Positions 55,078 to 64,000 of a DNA stretch of 64,000 nucleotides are shown here, piece after piece. The number at the start of each line of letters is the position of its first letter. Positions within the stretch are counted from its first letter, which is position 1. A program made the translations under genes and the position numbers. Below the pieces are notes generated by a model. It was not told the origin of the DNA. It did not search any database and was given only the letters and a program-made list of their open reading frames with translations. Origin of the DNA: Octopus vulgaris (Eukaryota); contig OX597814.1 of assembly GCA_951406725.2 (NCBI GenBank), positions 23,312,001-23,376,000 of the forward strand, given 5' to 3'.

Positions 55078-55265
55078 GTCTTGCATATTTTTACTGTTCC
55101 ACTCACAAACTGCACTTGTAATGAATGAATTAGCTGGTCAGTTTCTCTTTCTGAAAATCCCAGTTTATCCAGATTCTCCTTTAAGCATTTACTAACAAAA
55201 CCATATGCTCCATTAATTATTGGTATGAATATGAATTCATAGTCTGGATATAGAAACTGGGCATT
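55078..55265 (-). pseudogene. Restriction-like-endonuclease LINE C-terminus (second copy)
   Basis: QFLYPDYEFIFIPIINGAYGFVSKCLKENLDKLGFSERE...SGTVKICKT. Confidence 0.7.
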
Positions 55266-55279
55266 TTGAAGCAATTGTC

Positions 55280-55665
55280 CACGACCTTTATTCTCTTGAA
55301 AAAAGCCGCCGCCGTGGTGATCTCATTCTCGCCCACAACATCATAAGTGGAAAGTGTAACCTCTCGAAAGAGCTGTTCTTCACTCCTGCTCCAGAGCGTC
55401 GGCTGCGGGGTCATTCCGAAAAGCTCTACCTGCGACGATTTCATCTCAATCGAAGGAGAGGAGCTTTCTCCGTCCGGGTTGCGGATCCGTGGAACAAGCT
55501 GCCAGACGAGATGGTGAAGATGCCGACGACCGCTTTGTTCAAAGCCTCCCTGGACCTCAAGTGGCCTGAACTCTTTACATGAACACCACTCTGTACTTAA
55601 TTCTATGTCCCCCTACATGGCCTTGCTATTTGCTTTTGAGCCAAATTAACTAACTAACTAACTAA
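55280..55665 (+). mobile_element. 5'-truncated CR1-clade LINE, uninterrupted ORF2 C-terminus (55280-55582) plus (AACT)n tail
   Basis: HDLYSLEKSRRRGDLILAHNIISGK...RGHSEKL...FSVRVADPWNKLP...FKASLDLKWPELFT*; GC- and CpG-rich. Confidence 0.9.
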
Positions 55666-56024
55666 ATATCCTCTTTTTCTTTAATTTTCAGAGATTTTTA
55701 TATTTGTAGAGCAGCTGACCTCTATGATGGTACATACCTTTGCCCCTCAGTCCCAAGCAACAATATCCAACCTGTTATGTTTACATTTGACAGAAGTTTT
55801 GATGGGAATATTCCACCAGTATTCCTTGAGTTGGTGTTTATGAATGTATTCCATAACAGAGGGATTTTCTAAGTTTATTTCTGGATAGTCATTTTTGCAA
55901 ATAACATTGTAAATTATTTTAGCAACAACGCATAGGGAGGTAGTACCATGATGAGATTTTAGGATAGCTGCTAATCACATGTTTGATGTCTTCCACAGAC
56001 ATATGACATAGCCTGGAAAACATG

Positions 56025-56836
56025 AGATGGGGTGGTGAAGCATGATCTTCAATTGAGGGCCTCACAGAGGCAATGACAAGTGACTGAAACCTTTGGAGAT
56101 ATGCCATGCTTGAAAAGACCTGTCAAGCCAAGTGAGATCATTGTTATTTAACTGGCCCTTTAAAAGCAGCCTTCAGTCATTGGGTGATATGCTGTGTTTG
56201 AGAAAACCTGTTGAACTAGTGAAATCATAGTCGTGGGAGATGCCAGTGCTGTCTGACAGGCACCCATGTTGGTGACATGTAAAAATCACCATTTGTGCAC
56301 TGGGCCGCGTGGAGACAGTGACATTAAGTCGAATCAGATTGTAGCTGTGGCCAATGCCATTGTTGAATAACTGACCCATTAAGAGCACCCTTCAATCGTT
56401 GGGTGATATGCTGTGCTCGTGAAGACCTGTTGAACCAAGTGAAATCGTAGTTGTGGCCAATGCTGGTGCTGTCTGACTGGCACCCATACTGGTGGCACGT
56501 AAAAAGCACCATTTGAACGTTGGACCTCATGGAGGTAGAGTTAGGTGACCAAGACCCTTGGTGATATACTGTGCTTGTGTTAAATTGTCAAGCCAAGTGA
56601 AACCATAGTCATGGCTCATGCCAGTATCAGGTCAATGGCACCCGTGCTGATGACATGTAAAAAAGCACCCATTACACTCTTAGAGTGATTGGTGTTAGGA
56701 AGGGCATCCAGCCATAGAAACCTTGCCAAATCAGACTGGAACCTGGTGCACCCCACCCACCGGCCGGCTTGCCCATTTTCAGTCAAACTATCCAATCCAT
56801 GCCAGCATGGAAAGTGAACGTTAAATGATGATGATG
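56025..56836 (+). mobile_element. RTE 3' end with reiterated subunits
   Basis: gatggggtggtgaagcatgatctt coding end, repeated gagaagacctgttgaac units and the standard tail. Confidence 0.8.
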
Positions 56837-56889
56837 TTATATGCATACACACACACACATACACATGCACTCACACACACACATATATA

Positions 56890-57041
56890 TGTACTGTGTG
56901 GTAAGAAGGTTACTTCCCAGCCATGTGGTTCTGGGTTCAGTCCTACAATGTGGCACCTTTGCTAAGTGCCTTCCCCTATAGCCTTGGGCTGACCAAAGTC
57001 TTGTGAGGGGATTTTGTAAATGGAAACTGAAACAAACCCAT

Positions 57042-57074
<33 letters not shown>

Positions 57075-58000
57075 GTTTTTATATATAAAGAACGTGAAAT
57101 ACAGGAAGGGATGAACACGGAACACAGACAAATCATTCGAAGCCTTCAATCTTCAGTCAGACACCGAATCATCATAGCAAATTTCAACTGTTCAATTCTG
57201 ATATTTGCTCCAACTCGGCCAGCCCCAAGAAAAAAACTAAGCTGTAAGCATTAGATTTCTTGGTAGAAGACCAGAATGTAAACGCACGAGACGGATGTAA
57301 ATACGAGAGACGAAAACGAAATTGAAAACGGTAATGGTTAAACAAAATATATATAACGGTGGTTGTCATATGACTTTAGACCAAATGAGACAAAAACAAC
57401 AACAACATAGCAGCTGGCGTAGAAATAATTACCTTTTCGGTAGAGGGGACACATGTTGGTCGAGATACGATCGCCAACAGAATGGTTAAGAAGCAGCTGG
57501 TTGCAGGAGAGAGAGAGAAAGAGAGACAGAGAGAGAGGGAATCGAAGAGGGTGGAAGGCAGGGGACAGAATCAGTGACCAAGAGAAAAGGAGAAAGAAGG
57601 GATTGAGGAGGATGGGAGGAAGAGGGGGGAAGAATCAGAGGGCGCCAAAATAGTTTGGTAAAGAAGCAATGGCGGGTAGGAAAGACAAAGTATATAGAAG
57701 TCGTGCAGGGTTTAAAATTGGATAAACAAACGGGGTGGTGCACGTAATGCCGCAATAATATAAGAATAAATATGTATATATCTATGTATGCGTGTTTTTG
57801 TGTCTATGTTTGTTCCCCACTACTACTTGGCAACTGGTGTTGGTGTGTTTAGCTCCCTGTAACTTAGCAATTCAGCAAAAAGAGATTAATAGAATAAGTA
57901 CTAGGCTTTAAAAGTAAGTCCTGGGGTGGATTTGCTACTAAACTCCACTCAAGATGGTACCCCAGCATGGCTGCAGTCAAATAACTGAAACAGGTAAATG
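56890..58000 (+). mobile_element. SINE family A copy split by a ~700-bp insertion (57085-57760) in its central (TA)n
   Basis: 5' half at 56890-57045, 3' half at 57785-58000. Confidence 0.75.
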
Positions 58001-60283
58001 AAAAATATATATACATATGTACGAGTGAGTGGACAATGAAAAAAAGTGGGACTCAGCAGATTTGGCAGGAATTATATATTTAGTGACAGTTTGATTTGGG
58101 TCTATGCAACTTAAGTCTTGTCCATGGAAATAACTCATCAGGCCCAGAGATTTGAGAGATTTGTATTTCTGTATATATACAGACACACACACACATGTGT
58201 GTGTGTATATGTATATTTATATGAAGTATTTAAAGCAACCCAATGGATTATACAGCATCACTACAATTAATTCGTTAAGAGATTTTACTGCATTGTAATA
58301 TTGCACAGGCAGGTATGTATGAAATGTATAAATATCAAATATAATTATATTTCATTTATGATTGTCAACTCTTGAAATATGAGAAAAAGAAGGATTTTTT
58401 TTGTTTTTACTGACTAGAAAAAAAGCCAATTTCATAAGGAGAGGAGATGTAACAAATTCAATGGATTCTTGTTACATTGTTACACAAACAGTAGCTAAAA
58501 TTCAAAGTCAATTTTTGAAGAATTTGAACTGATATTTGATCATCAGAAGTGTGTGCATGACAAAGTATCCTGTCAGCTCTCCACTTGTGTCATTAGCATT
58601 TTCAAATTTAAATTTAAAAAAAAGATGCAAGAAGGGCATTGGATTTTTGCCTTCTGTTATTAGCTTCTTGTTTCTTGTTTCGAATCAATTTTAGATTTAC
58701 TCTGAACCAAGAGGAGGAAACTAGTTTCTTTTGTTACAAGTTCTTTTGACAAACATAGATGATCGTCCAAATTATTTAGAAAGACTGATTTCTGAGTGTA
58801 TGCAAATGATTTATTGTTTTGCTCGAAACAAAATATGATTGATATGCTGTGACTCTATAAAGATTTTCTAAGAGCTGCTGCAGGGAAAAACAGTGAGAAA
58901 TTTTACATTGAAAATGGAAATTAAATTCAAAATGATCAAGAGCTCTTCAGCTTCAGAGGGATACAATTGTTTGGGGCAATGACTCCTTGACTTTGCACTA
59001 TAACACAAAAGAAATCAAGTGAAGCTACAAATTTAATTCTACTTATCACTGATTTCTGCATATTAAAAGAAAATGTCTATGCAAATTTTGAATATTTTGC
59101 TGATCCCAAATCAAGATAACACAGAAAATAATTTCAGCAGAAAAATTAGCAAATCTGTTCAGTCTGAGCTTTTTGGATATAGAAAAAATCCATAGGTGAC
59201 TGAATACATTACTGATGAAGACAAATGAAGAGCCAAATATTCATTTATAATAATTAAGACAATCATTCAATACTGGCAACATTAACTTCATATGCTTAGC
59301 TTTCAGCAAGTCTTTTAATTCTAATCTATTCTAAACACTACACATTGAGTAAGAATTTACATTCAACTCAACTTTTATGCTACCACCAGCATACTAATTA
59401 TTGTTAAAGGGATTTTATTCATTATTACTGTAAGCAATAATTTTTGTAAAATTTGCTCTTTCAAGGCATATTTTGGATATGATTAAAAAACAGAGACTTA
59501 TTATCATTTGTAAACACCTCTCCTAATTTTATAAGCTATTAAATTAGTCATTATATATTTATCTCATGTAAATGTGACTCAATTGTTTTTAATTAAATCT
59601 ATCTATATAATTAGTATATTTTCATGATTAAACTATCATGCATTAATTATTAATAAGTGTTTGGTCCTATTCATCCTAGGTACATTAGACTCATAGCTGA
59701 TAGATTACTCATCAATCAAAACTCCAATAACTCATAGCAGTGGACTGAACCCTCCAGAATCCTCAGCTGTTTTCTTGACCTCCTAGAAATATTGCAAAGT
59801 CTCTCATATTAGAACCCTTTCACTAAAATGAGAAGAAAGCTGTGTGTGCATGCGTGTATGAGTGTTTGTATAAATTTAAACTATTTACAATTTTGATCCA
59901 GTTGTAAATTTCCTGTTTGCATGCATAGAAGGCAAGCAAGAGCTTCTTCAGATCACTGACAGTTTTTTAATTGTTGTCAAAATGAATGGCCTAGACAACT
60001 TGAAGGAAACTGGGCTTTCACTAGAATTTGAAATTAATGGTAGCTGTCCTTTTATCTTGAAATTTTAATGTATTTATGAAATAAATTGAAGTCTGTACCC
60101 ATCGGGTTTAAAAGGAGTCTCTTCTTTAAACTTACTAACTCAGGTTCATCCCTTACATGAATTCCAGCAAACTCCTTACAATGTTCTCTAATATCTCCAT
60201 TAAATTGTTGGCCTCAATAATGAGGTCACCGTTTTTCATTTTGGTGACAATCTCCAGAAGCCCTATAAATATATGCATACATT

Positions 60284-60330
<47 letters not shown>

Positions 60331-60341
60331 GTGCGTATATT

Positions 60342-60394
<53 letters not shown>

Positions 60395-60465
60395 CTTAAA
60401 AACCACCCTATTGGGCAGCTTTTAAGTCAGCTCCTGTGCAGGGCTCTTCATTGGGCCTTGGGCCC

Positions 60466-61332
60466 AACAATGACACTTCATACTTTGAGTACATATTAAA
60501 TTTCATCATCTACACAGCAAGGTTAGATGGTTTGAAAGATGAGCTAGTTTCTGATGGAGTTTCTCTGTATGTCTCCATTGAAGTCTAATGTTGGCTCCAT
60601 ACTGATAAGATAATACTGTTCTATATTTTAGAGATGTGGAATTCTTTAAGATCAACACCACTAAAGCCAACCCTTTGGTTTCGATACGTTGATGAAACCT
60701 TTATACTCTGGCCCCACCAGGAAGATTCCAAGTACTGCTAGAGCATGTGAACTCAATAAAACCATCCATACAGTTCACAATGGGGAAGAAAACAAACAAT
60801 CAGCTCACAATCCTGGATGTATTAATAACATGCACTAAGTATAGGTTCATGACATCCATACACTGCAAGCCAAACTTCACTGGATGATACCTCAACTTCA
60901 ATTCCCACCATCCATACAGTGTAAAGAGAGTGCCTAAAATATTGAGCAAAGAATATAAGAAGTGATCCTGATACACATCATGAAGAAATGATTAAGCTAT
61001 GTAACAATCTATTAAGTAACAGCTATTCAAAAACATACTATTCACTCCAATTAAGATGAGAAGAGAGGATGAAACCCATAAATTGACCACAGTCTGTCTA
61101 CCGTAGGCCTCACAGAAAAAATACAAATGATATGCAGTCCATGTGATAGGACAGTATTCAAAAGTAATACAACACTTTGCAGATATCTCCTTCGAGTAAA
61201 ACCACCAGGGTTGGGTTCGAAATTCTACCAGGTCACCTGATGAAGGCTGGAGAGTAAATCAACCGAAACATTGTGGTAACAACTAACAAGATGAGGACAC
61301 ATATCCTTCCAATGTAAATAATGTAAATAATG
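60466..61332 (+). mobile_element. Penelope-like element (Poseidon-type RT remnant) with inverted 5' segment and hammerhead 3' terminus
   Basis: LKPTLWFRYVDETFILW (WFRYVDE at 60676-60696), VNSIKPSIQFTM, ILDVLI, KPNFTG*YLNFNSHHP and TLCRYLLRVKPP. The inverted tail piece at 60615-60643 continues into a minus-strand EKLHQKLAHLSNHL. HHR at 61232-61277. Confidence 0.9.
61232..61277 (+). ncRNA. Minimal hammerhead motif at the PLE 3' end
   Basis: GTCAC-CTGATGA-A-GGCTG-loop-CAACC-GAA-ACAT-T-GTGGT. Confidence 0.7.
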
Positions 61333-62351
61333 TGCGTGTATATATATATATGTGTGTGTGTGTGTATATATACATACACATATATATATGTAAACAACTT
61401 ACTGTAAATAAAACCAAAGGTGCGTTGCATTCCATTGATTAAAAAGTTAACGCATAGGAAATGCACAAACGAAAAGCACACAGGATGGTGGCAAGTTGAA
61501 AAACATATAGTAAATGCACAGATGAATGGAAAACAGACACAGAAGGTCCCAATTCCTCGTCAGTTATCGCTCAGTGAGTTAAACACAACTTCATGCCTTT
61601 AACGATAATATCGCTTCCCATCTGGTGGCACCGGCAGGAGCTGCTGAGAATATTGGACTGAGGACAGACAAATAATATGTGGATAACAAGTGATACAGAA
61701 GTGAATATAAGAAAATGAATAAATGTAATTCAAGATGATGGGCGAGATGAAGGCAAAGCACGGGTAATGCTAAGAGGGAAATCCTAAAGGATTGGAACAG
61801 AAGTGCAACAGACAGCGAAGCATGTTGAAGTAGCGACTACAGAAATTATGACCAGTTGCTTCAATGGCTGATGTAAAAAGGGAAAAAGTTTTAAAAAATG
61901 GCTGACCACGTGTTGATATCAGGCAGAGAGAGAAACAGAAAGCAGAAGAGAAAAAGAGCAAGAGAGAGTAAGAGACAGAAAGGAAAAGACAGAGAGTGAA
62001 AAAAGGAAAAAGACGAAAAACTACAAATAGAAGTTGCACGAATATATAAACAACTCACTGTAAATAAAACCAAGGATGCATTGCATTAATTAATGTAAAG
62101 GATAAACAAACAAAATGTAATCTTAGGGCTAGAAGGTGAAGTACGGGTAATGCTAAGAGGGAAATCCTGTGTACTGTTTGTCGGTTCCATATTCCTGGCA
62201 GCTCCAGCCAGAGCCACCAGATGAAAAACAATATTATCATAAAATATTATCGTAAATGATATTTGAATCACTAACTAATAACTGATGAAGAATTGGTGAC
62301 CTACTGTGTCTGTTTTCTGTTCGTCCGTGTCTGCTTTTCATTTGTGCATAT

Positions 62352-62765
62352 ACTCTTTTACTCTTTTACTTGTTTCAGTCATTCGACTGCGGCCATGCTG
62401 GAGCACCACCTTTTTAGTCGAGCAAATCGACCCCAAGACTTATTCTTTGTAAGCTCAGTACTTATTCCATCGGCCTCTTTCGCTGAACCGCTAAGTTACT
62501 GGGATGTAAGCACACCAGCATCGGTTGTCAAGCGATGCTGAGGGGACAAACACAGACACACAAACATAAACACACACATATATATATATATATATATACA
62601 TATATACGACGGGCATCTTTCAGTTTCCGTCTACCAAATCCACTCACAAAGCTTTGGTCTTATAGTAGAAGCTATAGTAGAAGACACTTGCCCAAGGTGC
62701 CACGCAGTGGAACTGAACCCAGAACCATGTGGTTGGTAAGCAAACTACTTACCACACAGCCACTT
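62352..62765 (-). mobile_element. SINE family A copy
   Basis: Reverse complement of 19810-20228. Confidence 0.9.
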
Positions 62766-63455
62766 CTATGCCACTTCTATTATATATATATATAATTCAA
62801 TTACATTTAATTAGTCAAGGAACTAAAGTTGATGGTGTTACGCTAGTCAAGATATATCCATGTATTGCTTGCCTGTTCTCAGTCCAATATTCCCGGCAGC
62901 TCCTATCAGTGCCACCAGATGGGAAGTGATATTATCGTTAAAGGCATGAAATTGCGTTTGATTCACTGACCGATAGCTGATTAGGAATATGTGTATATAG
63001 ATAGATTTTCTGTAGGTAAAATCTGGCAATATGTGGGTTCTGTTTGTGTTTACTTGATACATATAGACCGTGTATTTGAGTAAACATTGATTGATGTAGC
63101 ACTTTTGGGTGGAGTTGGGTGGAATTTGATATGATATATTTTGTTAATCTGTAGTATTATTGACAGGCATATGCTCGACAAATTGATGTGTCTAGCTGCT
63201 CTCTCTATTAATCTACAACATTCTCACCTATTCACTAGTTTTATCTACCATTTTTTTCTTTTGATAATGTCTATATCTTAACTATCATAACACCATCAAT
63301 GAACTGTTATGTATCATATTGGCAAGAGCAAGACTGTGTTGAATGTGTTCATTTTTGTATATACGTGACAATCACGGAATGCTTGTGCTAAGAAAAAACA
63401 AACACTTCTGAGTTTGTCGTAGGTTAGCCTACACGTTGTAAAATAACTTCCTTTT

Positions 63456-63556
63456 GAAATTCTCCCTGAGGATATATCCAATTCACTGGATTGAAAATGG
63501 AATTTTATTTCTGAAATTAAAGAATTGTGCATAGAAACAGCTGTAGGTAGGATTTC
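63456..63556 (+). ncRNA. Type I hammerhead motif with long stem I and extended stem II
   Basis: GAAATTCTCC-CTGAGGA-TATATCCAATTC...GAATTGTGCATA-GAA-ACAGCTGT-A-GGTAGGATTTC. Confidence 0.68.
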
Positions 63557-63637
63557 TATGTATGAATTTGAATGTCTTTAAAAAAAAAACATCTGTACGT
63601 GAATTTTTATCCATTTTCAGTTTCTTATGCAAAAAGG

Positions 63638-63746
63638 TATATATATATATATATACACATACACATGTGTGTATATATATATATATATGTATGTATGAGC
63701 ATATATATATAAATATGTATATATATATATATATAAATATGTATAT

Positions 63747-63789
<43 letters not shown>

Positions 63790-63872
63790 TGTATGTACTT
63801 ATATATATATCTATATCTATATATATATATAAGTATATGTATGTATATGCATACATATATATATATATATGT
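63638..63872. repeat. (AT)n-rich compound microsatellite
   Basis: Directly visible. Confidence 0.95.
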
Positions 63873-64000
63873 TTAAGTAGTTAAATGAATTATCCTAGTA
63901 TGGATAATTCGGTTAACCGATACCCAGGTAGCAAATTTACGTCAGAAAGCACGGTTGAAGCTACATGCCAAGGGCAGAAATCAAGTGCTTTCGTATGGAA

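Noticed and set aside
59205-59245. CTGATGAAGAC...GCCAAATATTC
   Set aside because: It lacks GAAA and stem I.
62281-62300. CTGATGAAG motif
   Set aside because: There is no stem II or GAAA downstream.

Overview
AT-rich, microsatellite-dense eukaryotic DNA with no intact host gene that I can support; nearly all ORF-track entries are microsatellite or repeat artefacts. The repeat content resembles coleoid cephalopod (Octopus-like) intronic or intergenic DNA (inference). It contains three TA-flanked mariner elements with TIRs, a Tc1/maT-like fragment, RTE, CR1 and restriction-like-endonuclease LINE remnants, several multicopy tRNA-derived SINE families and two decayed Penelope-like element (PLE) ORFs. 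The most notable signal is a set of minimal type I hammerhead ribozyme (HHR) motifs from about seven unrelated repeat families, including U3-A8 and A6U core variants. One family is a tRNA-headed (Pol III) SINE-like element that carries an HHR, shows the PLE inverted-terminus plus TSD insertion signature, and shares its 3' module with a PLE reverse-transcriptase remnant in this same window. A separate ~356-bp partially tandem HHR unit looks like a retrozyme. All folds and alignments were done by eye and repeat boundaries are approximate.
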